Part shown: in pieces, positions 28,056 to 38,253 of the stretch | Layout of the letters: the number at the start of each line of letters is the position of its first letter | Numbering within the stretch: the first letter of the stretch is position 1 | Assembly: GCA_963662795.1 (NCBI GenBank) | Contig: OY759746.1 | Location: 1,760,001-1,824,000 of the forward strand | Source: Spirochaetia bacterium | GTDB taxonomy: Bacteria > Spirochaetota > Spirochaetia > CADAEX01 | Length of the DNA: 64,000 nt | Direction: 5' to 3' | Program-made: the position numbers and the translations under genes | The notes under the pieces: model-generated | Seen by the model: only the letters and a program-made list of their open reading frames with translations | What the model was told of the DNA's origin: nothing | Databases searched by the model: none

Positions 28056-31039
28056 TCGAAATCCTCTCTTTTCCAGGCTGCAGATATTTCACTTATCGTT
28101 ATGTCTACAGCATAACTTCCGTTCCTCTTTATTCTTAAGGAAGGGGTCTTTGTTGTTGTTCCGATCCTCTGCACAGGGAAATCCTTCATTATTGAATCAA
28201 ACCTGTCTGTCTCGTTTCTCCCGATTCCCGCAATAAACCTTGAAGGAGTTTCGCAGAACAGGATGCGCCCTGTTTCCATTTTATAAGTTGTCCCCGGGAG
28301 TATGTCGAGTGAAATATCAGCCCCGAGTCTTCCACCGAGGCATGATTCCGCAATTGCGACGGCAAGACCGCCGTCAGAGATATCGTGGCACGACTTTACA
28401 AGTCCGTTTGAAATTGCCTCATGAAGTTTTTTATAAAGCTTTACCGCTTTTTCAGTGTCTGCAGCCGGCGCGCCTCCGAGGTTTTTTCCATATAATTTTT
28501 CAAAATATGTTCCGCCAAGTTCACCATGAGTATTTCCTATAATATATACCGCATCACCTTCTTCCTTGAAATCGGTAGTAACTGCTTTTTCTATATTGTC
28601 TATGATTCCTATCAATGAAATAAGGAGGGTCGGCCTGACTGATACCTTTTTCCCGCCGATTACAGCATCGTTTTTCATTGAATCCTTGCCTGAAATAAGC
28701 GGAAGGTCATAATCCATGCTTGCCTTGTAAAGTCCTTTACAGGCCCTTACGAGCTGGGCAAGTTTATATGCTCCGTCAGGGGCTGCCTCCGATTCTACAG
28801 GATCGGGCCAGCAGAAATTATCAAGTATTGCCGCATGATCCGGATTGCCGCCCGATGCGATATGAGCCCTGTATGCTTCGTCTACTGCGCAGAGCGCCAT
28901 ATTGTATGTATCCCTGTCTCCATAGCGGGGGCATATCCCGTGTGTTACTGTAATTCCCCTGTTTGAATCAAATACAGGTTTTAATACAGCGCTGTCTGAA
29001 GGAGCGTCCGAGTCTCTCCCCGTGAACGGTTTTACAATTGATATACCGCCGACCTCATGATCATACTGCCTTACCAGCGGTTCTTTTGACGCAATATTGG
29101 GCTCATTAAGGAGTTTTTTCAGCATACCGGTGAAATCATGTTCATCAATTACTGAACTTTCCGCAGGAGGCCTTATCCACACTGCTTTAAGCTTCATTTC
29201 AGGAAGCCCCCTGTGCAGAAAATCCATTGAGAGCAGGCCTGCCTTTTTATCCCCGTATCTGATATCGATAAATCCTGTTGAGGTAAACTCGCCGACTACA
29301 GATGTCTCTACACCCCGTCTTTCGGCAAGGGCTGTGAATGCTTCAAGTTTCTCCGGTTTTACCGCAATGCTCATTCTTTCCTGGGATTCAGATACAAGTA
29401 TTTCCCAGGGCGCAAGTCCTGAATATTTTAACGGGCATTTGTGAAGATCGATCCTGATGCCGCCTGAATACTCAGCCATCTCTCCAAGTGAAGAGGAAAG
29501 GCCTCCCGCCCCGTTGTCCGTTATACCGTAATAAAGCCCCGCATCCCGTGCCTCCAGGAGAAAATCGCACATCTTTTTCTGGGTGATGGGATCGCCTATC
29601 TGGACAGCGGATGAGGGAGATTCCTCGTCAAGCGCTTTTGAGGAGAAGGTCGCTCCGTGGATCCCGTCTTTGCCAATCCTCCCCCCTGCCATTACGGCAA
29701 GATCTCCGGGATTTATATGTTTTATCCAGCTTCCTTCGCCGTTTATTTCCCTTGGGAGAATCCCCCCTGTGCCGCAGAACACGAGCGGTTTGCCCGTAAA
29801 GCTTTCATCAAAGAGGAATGCCCCTGCCACAGTTGGAATGCCGGACTGGTTTCCGCCGTCAATTATTCCGTGATGGACCCCTTTCATAACTGTTTTCGGG
29901 TGCAGGAGCCCTTCCGGTATGTCTTCCTCCGGAGTATCGGGCTCCCCGAAGCAGAGAACATTTGTATTGAAGAAAGGGCGGGCCCCTTTTCCTGTCCCCA
30001 TGATATCCCTGTTTACCCCTACAATTCCTGTTATGGAACCGCCGTAAGGGTCGAGGGCGGACGGGGAGTTATGGGTTTCAACCTTGAAACAGACAAGGTT
30101 TTCATCGTCAAAATCAATTACACCGGAATTATCGTGGAAAACTGATTTAAGGAAACCTTTTTTTTTCGATATTTCTTCCGTAGATTTTTTAATGCAGCCT
30201 GAAAAAAGCGACCTGATTGTTTCTTCAGTTCCTGTTTCTGTATCCTTATATTCAATAGTAGCGTTGAAAATCTTATGCTTGCAGTGTTCGCTCCATGTCT
30301 GGGCAATCATCTCAAGCTCGACATCTGTCGGGTCGCTGCCAAGTCCCGCTTCTTTCCTGAGTTTTATTGTACTGCTGTCTGCAAAATAGTTTCTTACCGA
30401 TTCCATCTCTTCTGTTGAAAGGGCAAGCAGCCTTTCTTTCGAAATTTTATCAAGAGCACTCTTTTCCAGTGATGCAAGATGGATTTTCTCAACTGATACA
30501 GGACTCTCCGCAACCTTGTGGGGGTATATTGAAGGAAGAGGATTTTTCTTAAGGGCAGAGATTCCTCCCTCCCTGAACTCTTCCTGCTGGACAAGCGGAT
30601 TGTAAAATATTTTTTTTAATTTTTCCTGGAGTTCTTTTTCAAGCGGAGGGGAATATACAAGATACTGAACCGCACTCTGAAAGACAGCTCCCGATTCCTT
30701 TGAGATAGTACTGCCAAGCGCTGTCTCTATTGTGTTTTTTGCGGTAATGGCAACAGGATTTGTAACTCCCGGCCTGTAGGTAATTTCAACAAGATAGTTC
30801 CAGCCTGAAAGTTCTTCGGATTCTGCGGCGCATCTGTCTGTCAGTGCTTTCTGAGCGACAGGGTCTGAAAATAATTCTTCAGAAAGGGATGATGTAAGCC
30901 GGTCGATTCCTTCTGCAATATAAACATCAATTATTGAAATGTTTTCTATGGACAGGGAAACAGACTGTCTTACCTGTTTTAAAAGCCTTTTGGCCCTCCC
31001 GTCAAGCTGCGGGTTTTTATAAAATACTTCTGTTCTCAT
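28052..31039 (-). CDS. purL: Phosphoribosylformylglycinamidine synthase PurL with an N-terminal PurS-like extension (start moved to ATG 31039)
   Basis: QTWSEHCKHKIF, KVETHNSPS, GIHGA, DNGAGG, SESQERM, RQYDHEV, ISGKDS and SCHDISDGG; N-terminal RPGVTNPVA. Confidence 0.95.
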   Translation of the reverse strand: MRTEVFYKNPQLDGRAKRLLKQVRQSVSLSIENISIIDVYIAEGIDRLTSSLSEELFSDPVAQKALTDRCAAESEELSGWNYLVEITYRPGVTNPVAITAKNTIETALGSTISKESGAVFQSAVQYLVYSPPLEKELQEKLKKIFYNPLVQQEEFREGGISALKKNPLPSIYPHKVAESPVSVEKIHLASLEKSALDKISKERLLALSTEEMESVRNYFADSSTIKLRKEAGLGSDPTDVELEMIAQTWSEHCKHKIFNATIEYKDTETGTEETIRSLFSGCIKKSTEEISKKKGFLKSVFHDNSGVIDFDDENLVCFKVETHNSPSALDPYGGSITGIVGVNRDIMGTGKGARPFFNTNVLCFGEPDTPEEDIPEGLLHPKTVMKGVHHGIIDGGNQSGIPTVAGAFLFDESFTGKPLVFCGTGGILPREINGEGSWIKHINPGDLAVMAGGRIGKDGIHGATFSSKALDEESPSSAVQIGDPITQKKMCDFLLEARDAGLYYGITDNGAGGLSSSLGEMAEYSGGIRIDLHKCPLKYSGLAPWEILVSESQERMSIAVKPEKLEAFTALAERRGVETSVVGEFTSTGFIDIRYGDKKAGLLSMDFLHRGLPEMKLKAVWIRPPAESSVIDEHDFTGMLKKLLNEPNIASKEPLVRQYDHEVGGISIVKPFTGRDSDAPSDSAVLKPVFDSNRGITVTHGICPRYGDRDTYNMALCAVDEAYRAHIASGGNPDHAAILDNFCWPDPVESEAAPDGAYKLAQLVRACKGLYKASMDYDLPLISGKDSMKNDAVIGGKKVSVRPTLLISLIGIIDNIEKAVTTDFKEEGDAVYIIGNTHGELGGTYFEKLYGKNLGGAPAADTEKAVKLYKKLHEAISNGLVKSCHDISDGGLAVAIAESCLGGRLGADISLDILPGTTYKMETGRILFCETPSRFIAGIGRNETDRFDSIMKDFPVQRIGTTTKTPSLRIKRNGSYAVDITISEISAAWKREDFE

Positions 31040-31178
31040 GATTGGGGGTAATTTATCAGATATGCTTTTCATACTCAATATTTACTGCCCGCTTAGAAGT
31101 AAATTAAGGCAAAGAGATGTAATAATGGGCGGTTGAGGGTGATGATTTTTCCATTTTCCTCCGCATATAAATAAAACA

Positions 31179-31378
31179 GCCGTTTTTTAAGCGGCTGCAT
31201 ACAGAAGGGGCATGTTAACTGATACTGTCAGAACTTTAGAGTGGAGAAATAATCTTCTACTGTTTCAGCCCTTCTTCGCCGCCGTTTTTTAAGCGGCTGC
31301 ATACAGAAGGGGCATGTTAACTGATACTGTCAGAACTTTAGAGTGGAGAAATAATCTTCTGCTGTTTCAGCCCTTCTT
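31179..31378. repeat. Tandem 98-bp direct repeat containing the lysA 3' end
   Basis: 31179-31276 matches 31281-31378 with one mismatch (A31259/G31361); the copies are separated by CGCC. Confidence 0.95.
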
Positions 31379-32574
31379 ATCAGTTTTGCGGAGCCGTCTG
31401 CTTCCAGAAGCAGCTCTGCCGACCTCAGTTTGCCGTTATAGTTGAATCCCATGGCATAACCGTGGGCTCCTGTATCGTGGATCACTATGGTGTTGCCCGG
31501 TTTTGTTTCAGGCATTTCCCTGTTAATCGCGAATTTATCATTATTCTCGCAGAGCGAACCTGTTACATCATATGTGTGATCACTCTTTCCTTCCGGATTG
31601 TTCATGTTTGTGATGTGGTGGTATGCGCCGTAAAGGGCGGGCCTCATCAGGTTTGCCATACAGGCATCAAGGCCTATATAGTTCTTGTATGTATTTTTTG
31701 TGTGGATTGCCTTTGTAACAAGATATCCGTAGGGGCCGGTTACCACCCTTCCGCATTCCATTACAATCCTGAGTGGATCGAGGGAGTTTTCCCTGATTTT
31801 CTTTTCGTAGGCCTTTTTTATCCCCTCAGATACATATTCAAGATCAACAGCCTTCTGTTCCGGCTTGTAAGGAATACCTATTCCGCCGCCGAGGTTTACA
31901 AACTCGAATTTTATTCCAAGCTTTTTTGAAATCTCTACAACAAGGTCGAAAAGAATTTCAGCTGTTTCAATAAAATAATCAGGATTCAGTTCGTTTGACG
32001 CAACCATGGTATGAAGACCGAACCTCTTTGCCCCCTTTTCTTTCATCAGCCTGTACCCTTCGATAAGCTGCTCCCTTGTAAATCCGTATTTTGCTTCTTC
32101 CGGGTTTCCGATAATCTTGTTCCCTTCCTTGAGAGGACCCGGGTTGTATCTGAGGCATGCAAGCTCAGGAATTCCTGCATGTTTTTCAAGAAACGGGATA
32201 TGGGTTATATCATCAAGGTTTATGACAGCGCCCAGCTCTTTCGCTTTTATATATTCGGCTGCAGGTGTATCGTTTGAAGTAAAGACTATGTCTTCTCCCT
32301 TGATTCCTGCCATATCGGAAAGGAGCAGCTCGGGAAGCGAAGAGCAGTCCGCGCCCATCCCCTCTTCTTTGAGAATTTTAAGGATTGCCGGATTGGGAAG
32401 GGCTTTTACCGCAAAGTAATTTTTGAATCCTCCCGGGACCCAGGAAAAGGCCTTGTAGAACCTTCTTGCGTTTTCTCTTATGGCTTTTTCATCATATATA
32501 TGAAAAGGTGTGGGATGCTTTTCAATGATTTTTTCGATTTGCTGCATTGTAAATGGTAATTTTTTTGATGACAT
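31330..32574 (-). CDS. lysA: Diaminopimelate decarboxylase
   Basis: TPFHIYDE, YFAVKALPN, NLGGGIG, ECGR, RPALYGAYH, GSLCENND, DTGAHG and MGFNYN. Confidence 0.95.
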   Translation of the reverse strand: MSSKKLPFTMQQIEKIIEKHPTPFHIYDEKAIRENARRFYKAFSWVPGGFKNYFAVKALPNPAILKILKEEGMGADCSSLPELLLSDMAGIKGEDIVFTSNDTPAAEYIKAKELGAVINLDDITHIPFLEKHAGIPELACLRYNPGPLKEGNKIIGNPEEAKYGFTREQLIEGYRLMKEKGAKRFGLHTMVASNELNPDYFIETAEILFDLVVEISKKLGIKFEFVNLGGGIGIPYKPEQKAVDLEYVSEGIKKAYEKKIRENSLDPLRIVMECGRVVTGPYGYLVTKAIHTKNTYKNYIGLDACMANLMRPALYGAYHHITNMNNPEGKSDHTYDVTGSLCENNDKFAINREMPETKPGNTIVIHDTGAHGYAMGFNYNGKLRSAELLLEADGSAKLIRRAETAEDYFSTLKF

Positions 32575-32791
32575 TACTAACCTCAGTTTGTGTATTTTGT
32601 TATAATATAACTATGACAACTATCTCCCGGGCTGTTATTTTGCGTTTTTTCCTTAGCTTTGCACTTTTTTAAAGACGGGCGATGTTACATAGGTATAATT
32701 TACAATATATAAAAAGTTGTTTCAATATTCAAAGAAATAAAACCGACCGGCCGGTATGCCGGAATTTTTAATAAGAGATGCCGGGGGGGGT

Positions 32792-34621
32792 GTGAAAACT
32801 GGAATTTTTTCTTTTTTAAGGATTTTTGATATTTTAAGAAAAATTATTATAAATCTGCTGTTCTGGGGCCTTATAATCGCAGCTGTTGTTTTCTATGTGA
32901 AAAACAACTATATACCGGAAATAGAAGACGGAACTACCCTCGTAATCCGGCCCCAGGGCATGGTTGTCGATTATTTTCCATCAGGCGCCGGCAGTTTTTT
33001 GTCTGATCTCTCTGAGGACGAAACACTCATCCCGTTGAGAAAAATACTCACAGTTCTAGAGGCGGCTTCTTCCGATGAAAAAATATCTTCTGTTTTTATT
33101 GACCTCAGGTACTTTGGCGGAGGGGGCCTGAGCAAGCTTCAGGAGATAGCATCGGCCGTGAAAAAGGTGAAAGAAGCTGGAAAAACTGTAATTGCCTTTT
33201 CAGATAAATATTCCCAGGGAAGTTATTATATCGCATCCCATGCAGGAAAGGCTGTTATTGATCCTCTGGGAGAGTTGATGTTTACAGGCATTGACAGTTT
33301 CACGAATTATTACGGCAAAGGGATGCAAAAATTCAGAATCAGGGTAAATGTCTTTAAGACAGGAGATTATAAAAGCGCTGTTGAGCCTTTTACCTCGGAA
33401 GGGATGAGCCGCTTTTCAAGAGAAGCTTCTTCCGAATATCTGAATGACCTCTGGGGGGAATATCTTTCAGGTATTGCAAAAGAGAGAAATAAAACAGTAA
33501 AACAGCTTGAAAATTATGCAGCAGGCTATGCTTCAATTTTATCCCGGTACAGCAGCAGCTCTGCGGAGGCCGCAAAGGGAAACGGCCTGGTTGATGAGAT
33601 TGCGGTTTGCGATGAGGCGGAAAAGCTTGCGGGGGAAGGCCCTTCAATAGACTGGGAAGAATATTACAAACTTGCGGAAAACAGGGTGGTTCCGGGAGAA
33701 AAGACAATTGCGGTAGTAACTGCTTCAGGAGATATTACAAAAGGCCGTCATCCCCCCGGGGGAATAGGCTCCAGTACCTACACTGATATTTTTGAAAGAA
33801 TAAGTGAGGACGGGAAAATATCGGCAGTTGTCCTTCGTATTGATTCAGGCGGCGGGGGAGTCGGCGCATCGGAAGATATAAGAAGGGCGCTGCAGAAAGT
33901 GAGGGACAGCGGGAAGCCGGTTGTTGTTTCAATGAGTTCTGTTGCCGCATCCGGCGCTTACTGGATTTCTACAGCCTCAGACGCAATCCTCTGCATGCCG
34001 ACAACGCTTACAGGTTCTATCGGAGTATTCGCGATGCTGCCTGATTTCAGCGAATTTCTTGAGAAATATCCCGGTGTGACAACAGACGGATACGGAACAA
34101 CACCCTATTCACATCTTTACCGCCCGGATATGAGCATGACTGAAGATATGAAAAAGGTGCTGCAGCTGAGTGTGGAAAAAGATTATTCATATTTTCTCTC
34201 TCTGGTTTCAGCTTCAAGAGGGATTACCGTTTCAGAAGCAGGAAGAGCTGCAGGCGGAAGGGTGTGGAGCGGAAAGGATGCAGCCGGAAAAAAACTTGTT
34301 GACAGGATGGGGGGCCTCTCCGATGCCGTCTCTCTTGCCGCTGAAAAGTGCGGATGCGGGGAAAAGGATTATTCGGTAAAATACTATGAGGCTGATGATA
34401 ACTGGCGTATTTCCATCATGAACAGATTTTCTTCCCTTTCAAAGAGTTCCGCGGCAGGAAACAGCAGCGATTCATCTCTGTTTGATTCACTTCTTAAGAC
34501 TGCAGCTAAAATACTTTTACTCATCCCTGAACCCGGATATTCCGGCAATAACAGTTCTGAGGATTTTTATAATGGTGAGGTTCAGGCGCTTTATACAGGG
34601 GATGAATATATAGTGATGTAG
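32792..34621 (+). CDS. sppA: Signal peptide peptidase SppA, 67K type (start probably GTG 32792; alternative 32756)
   Basis: N-terminal TM, YYIASHA, GDYKSAVEPF, LRIDSGGG, VAASGAYWI, TGSIGVF and GRVWSG. Confidence 0.92.
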   Translation: MKTGIFSFLRIFDILRKIIINLLFWGLIIAAVVFYVKNNYIPEIEDGTTLVIRPQGMVVDYFPSGAGSFLSDLSEDETLIPLRKILTVLEAASSDEKISSVFIDLRYFGGGGLSKLQEIASAVKKVKEAGKTVIAFSDKYSQGSYYIASHAGKAVIDPLGELMFTGIDSFTNYYGKGMQKFRIRVNVFKTGDYKSAVEPFTSEGMSRFSREASSEYLNDLWGEYLSGIAKERNKTVKQLENYAAGYASILSRYSSSSAEAAKGNGLVDEIAVCDEAEKLAGEGPSIDWEEYYKLAENRVVPGEKTIAVVTASGDITKGRHPPGGIGSSTYTDIFERISEDGKISAVVLRIDSGGGGVGASEDIRRALQKVRDSGKPVVVSMSSVAASGAYWISTASDAILCMPTTLTGSIGVFAMLPDFSEFLEKYPGVTTDGYGTTPYSHLYRPDMSMTEDMKKVLQLSVEKDYSYFLSLVSASRGITVSEAGRAAGGRVWSGKDAAGKKLVDRMGGLSDAVSLAAEKCGCGEKDYSVKYYEADDNWRISIMNRFSSLSKSSAAGNSSDSSLFDSLLKTAAKILLLIPEPGYSGNNSSEDFYNGEVQALYTGDEYIVM

Positions 34622-34767
34622 TCCTTCCCTGATGAGAAGTATGCAAAGTTATTGATAAAAAAAAGTATTGCAGTTATAATTTTTCAATTATTTCAATCTA
34701 TTATAAGCATATTTTATTCAGCATTTATCAGCAGTGCTTCAGATATTATCTGCTAACGGGGGTTTGT

Positions 34768-35958
34768 ATGGCAGTATCACAGCGGGTTATTAAATCTATG
34801 GAAAATTCTTCCTGGATCAGAAAAATGTTTGAAACAGGGGGGATACTGAAAGCAAAATACGGAGACGATAATGTCTTTGATTTCAGCATAGGAAATCCCA
34901 ATGTTGAACCGCCTGAGGATTTTATAATCAAGCTTTCAGAATACGCAAATCTGAAAAAAACTGGGATGCACGCGTATATGCCCAATGCAGGATACCCCGA
35001 TGTAAGGGAAAAAATTGCCTCATGGGTAACATCAACGGAGGGGATTGAGATACACTCTGATAATATTGTGATGACCTGCGGTGCGGCAGGGGCGATGAAT
35101 GTTGTTTTAAAAACAATACTTAATCCCGGTGACAACATTATAGTATCAGCTCCGTATTTTGCAGAATATGAAGCATATATTGAAAACCACGGCGGCGAGG
35201 TAAACCGGGTACAGAGCGGCGAAAAATTCAACCTCTCTGTGGAAAATATTGAAAAAGCCATTAATGACAGGACCCAGGGGATAATAATAAACTCTCCCAA
35301 CAATCCTTCAGGCAGGGTATACAGCGAAGATACAATAAAAAGTCTTGCTTCCATGCTTGAGAGAAAAAGCAGGGAAAGGGGCCGGGCAATATACCTTCTG
35401 AGTGATGAACCCTATAAGAAAATTGTTTATGACGGAATTAAAGTCCCGTCAGTAATCAAAAATTACAGCCACAGCATAATCATGACTTCCTATTCAAAAG
35501 ACCTCTCAATCCCGGGCGAAAGGATCGGATGGCTTGCCGTAAATCCGGCAGCCGAGGATTTACATAATCTTCTGGGCGGAATAATTATGTGCAACAGGAT
35601 TCTCGGATATGTCAACGCGCCTGCAATAATGCAGAAGGTGGTTGCGGACCTCCAGGGCAGAAGCGTGGATATGAGTTTTTATAAAACAAAAAGAGACAGG
35701 CTGTGCGAGATTCTTGGAAACGCAGGTTATGAATTTATAAAGCCGGAAGGAACATTCTACCTTTTTCCCAAAGCGCCGGGGGGAGACGATCTGAAGGCTG
35801 TCAGTGCGCTTCAGGAAGAGAGGATTCTTACTGTTCCCGGGAGGGGTTTCGGAACTCCGGGGTATTTCAGGATTGCCTACTGTGTTTCAGACAGGGTTAT
35901 TGAAAGATCGGCGGAAGGTTTTGAAAAAACTTACAGGGCACTCAAAAATTCCTTATAA
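34768..35958 (+). CDS. Aspartate/aromatic aminotransferase, class I PLP enzyme
   Basis: SWIRKMFE, DFSIGNP, INSPNNPSG, SDEPY and SYSKDLSIPGERIG. Confidence 0.9.
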   Translation: MAVSQRVIKSMENSSWIRKMFETGGILKAKYGDDNVFDFSIGNPNVEPPEDFIIKLSEYANLKKTGMHAYMPNAGYPDVREKIASWVTSTEGIEIHSDNIVMTCGAAGAMNVVLKTILNPGDNIIVSAPYFAEYEAYIENHGGEVNRVQSGEKFNLSVENIEKAINDRTQGIIINSPNNPSGRVYSEDTIKSLASMLERKSRERGRAIYLLSDEPYKKIVYDGIKVPSVIKNYSHSIIMTSYSKDLSIPGERIGWLAVNPAAEDLHNLLGGIIMCNRILGYVNAPAIMQKVVADLQGRSVDMSFYKTKRDRLCEILGNAGYEFIKPEGTFYLFPKAPGGDDLKAVSALQEERILTVPGRGFGTPGYFRIAYCVSDRVIERSAEGFEKTYRALKNSL

Positions 35959-36085
35959 GGATTATTGAAATTCGCGCCTGCAGATTAAACCGGCGGTAAC
36001 GGCATAAGGATAACTTCTTGATTCATAACTGCCGGTTCAATAAATCATGAAAAGTGAAGATTCATTTATAGAAAGGAGCTTAATA

Positions 36086-37693
36086 ATGGCAGAAAAAGTA
36101 CTGCTTGGTGATGAGGCTGTAGCACTCGGAGCCATTCATTCCGGGCTTTCAAACGCATACGGATATCCCGGAACTCCATCATCGGAAATTATGGAATACC
36201 TTTTAAAGTATTCCATAAAGACAAAAAAAATACACGCATCATGGTGCAGCAATGAAAAAACCGCATATGAGGATGCTCTCGGCGTATCACTTGCAGGTAA
36301 AAGATCGATAGTAACGATGAAGCATGTGGGCTTGAATGTTGCCGCAGATCCTTTTATAAATTCAGCGCTTCTTAAAATCAACGGCGGCCTTGTAATTGTT
36401 GTCGCCGATGATCCGGGAATGCACTCCTCCCAGGATGAACAGGACAGCAGATTTTTCGCCGATTTCGCGAAAGTACCGTGCTTTGAACCTGTTAACCAGC
36501 AGGAAGCTTACGAAATGACAGGAGAGGCATTCGAGGTTTCGGAAAAATACCATGTTCCGGTTATGATAAGGCTTGTAACGAGGCTTGCCCATTCACGGGC
36601 AGTTGTTGTCACTGGCGAGGAAAAAGAACAGAACAGGATAAAAAAGGCTGAGGATAAAAATACATGGATGCTTCTTCCCGCCCTTGCGAGAAAACAGTGG
36701 GTGACCCTTCTCGGCAAATTTGAGGAGTTTAAAAAAGATTCGGAAAACTCTTCACGCAACCCTCTTTACATAAATCCTGATTTTAAAAAATACGGTGTTA
36801 TCACTACCGGACTCGGCAAAAACTATTATCTTGAAAATATGCCGGAGCTGTCCGATAAACCTTCACATCTTCATGTCGGAGTATATCCTTTGCCTGAAGA
36901 CAAGATAAAAAAGCTCGCGCAGCATGCTGAAAAAATAATTGTTATTGAGGAAGGGTATCCGTTCCTCGAGAGCAGATTACGGGGCATATTAAAACAGCAT
37001 GTTGGAATTGAAGGCAAACTGGACGGGAAAGTTCCCCCGACAGGTGAGCTTAACCCGGACAATGTAAGGCCTGCTCTCGGACTTCCCGTGAGAAAAGCTC
37101 TTGCGGAAGCTGAGCAGCTCCCCGGCCGCCCGCCGCAGCTTTGTCAGGGCTGTCCGCATATTGATTCGTACAACGCAATAAAGGGCGCGCTTGCCTCTTA
37201 CAGCGAAAGCGTGGTTACCTCTGATATCGGCTGCTATGCACTCGGGGCGCTTCCCCCCTATTCTGCGATCGAGACAATAATCTGCATGGGCGCTTCTGTA
37301 GGTACGGCAAAAGGGGCGGCGGAAGCGGGGCTTAAACCTGCTGTCGCGGTTATAGGCGACAGCACATTCTATCATTCGGGAATGACCGCCCTTGTTGACG
37401 CTGTTGCCGCAAACACTTCCATGACGCTTGTAATACTTGACAACTGTACTGTCGCCATGACAGGGGGACAGGAAACAATTGTTCCCACATCAAGGCTTGA
37501 ATCAGTTGTTACTGGACTTGGGGTTGATCCCGCCCATATCAAGACTATTGTGCCTCTAAAAAAGAACCATGAGGAAAATGTGGAAATATTAAGGAAAGAG
37601 ATAGCCTTTGAAGGGCTGTCTGTTATTCTCTCTGTCAGGGAATGTATCGAAGAGACCAAGAGAAGGCTCAAGAAAGGGAAGGGTAATAAATGA
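36086..37693 (+). CDS. iorA: Indolepyruvate:ferredoxin oxidoreductase alpha subunit (start moved to ATG 36086)
   Basis: GYPGTPSSEI, NEK, MKHVGLNVAADP, DDPGMHSSQ, RPPQLCQGCPH, DIGCY and the TPP motif GDSTF..N. Confidence 0.93.
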   Translation: MAEKVLLGDEAVALGAIHSGLSNAYGYPGTPSSEIMEYLLKYSIKTKKIHASWCSNEKTAYEDALGVSLAGKRSIVTMKHVGLNVAADPFINSALLKINGGLVIVVADDPGMHSSQDEQDSRFFADFAKVPCFEPVNQQEAYEMTGEAFEVSEKYHVPVMIRLVTRLAHSRAVVVTGEEKEQNRIKKAEDKNTWMLLPALARKQWVTLLGKFEEFKKDSENSSRNPLYINPDFKKYGVITTGLGKNYYLENMPELSDKPSHLHVGVYPLPEDKIKKLAQHAEKIIVIEEGYPFLESRLRGILKQHVGIEGKLDGKVPPTGELNPDNVRPALGLPVRKALAEAEQLPGRPPQLCQGCPHIDSYNAIKGALASYSESVVTSDIGCYALGALPPYSAIETIICMGASVGTAKGAAEAGLKPAVAVIGDSTFYHSGMTALVDAVAANTSMTLVILDNCTVAMTGGQETIVPTSRLESVVTGLGVDPAHIKTIVPLKKNHEENVEILRKEIAFEGLSVILSVRECIEETKRRLKKGKGNK

Positions 37694-38253
37694 AATTTGA
37701 CATAATTCTTGCAGGTGTAGGCGGGCAGGGCGTTTTATCGCTGGCCGCGATTATAGCGACAGGGGCAATGAAAGATAATCTTAAAGTAAGGCAGTCTGAG
37801 GTGCACGGAATGGCTCAGCGGGGAGGCGCGGTTCTCTCTCACCTTCGTATATCAGACAGTGAAATAGCAAGCGACCTTGTGGCAAAAGGGACTGCATCTC
37901 TTATCATAAGCATGGAGCCTCTTGAGGTTTTAAGGTACGTTGATTATCTTTCGCCTGACGGCAGTGTTGTTACGGCATCAGAGCCGTTTGTCAATATACC
38001 GGATTATCCTGATATTGAAGCGATTTACGGTAAAATAAAAAAAATGAAAAACCATAAAATAGTCGAGTCGCTTGAGCTTGCAAAAAAAGCCGGAACTTCC
38101 CGGGCAGCAAACATGGTAATTATCGGCGCAGCCTCTTCCGTCCTTCCGGTTTCTGCCGGGTCCCTCAAGGCTGCGATTGAGGAACTTTTTTCATCCAAAG
38201 GGAAGGATGTTGTTGATACCAATATAAAAGCATTTACACTCGGGGCTGAATAA
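37690..38253 (+). CDS. iorB: Indolepyruvate:ferredoxin oxidoreductase beta subunit
   Basis: GVGGQGV, SEVHGMAQRGG and EPLE. Confidence 0.93.
   Translation: MKFDIILAGVGGQGVLSLAAIIATGAMKDNLKVRQSEVHGMAQRGGAVLSHLRISDSEIASDLVAKGTASLIISMEPLEVLRYVDYLSPDGSVVTASEPFVNIPDYPDIEAIYGKIKKMKNHKIVESLELAKKAGTSRAANMVIIGAASSVLPVSAGSLKAAIEELFSSKGKDVVDTNIKAFTLGAE

Noticed and set aside
31179-31378. CRISPR interpretation of the direct repeat
   Set aside because: Only two 98-bp units, a 4-bp gap, coding content and no cas genes.
32575-32790. Lysine riboswitch upstream of lysA
   Set aside because: AT-rich spacer without the conserved L-box stems.
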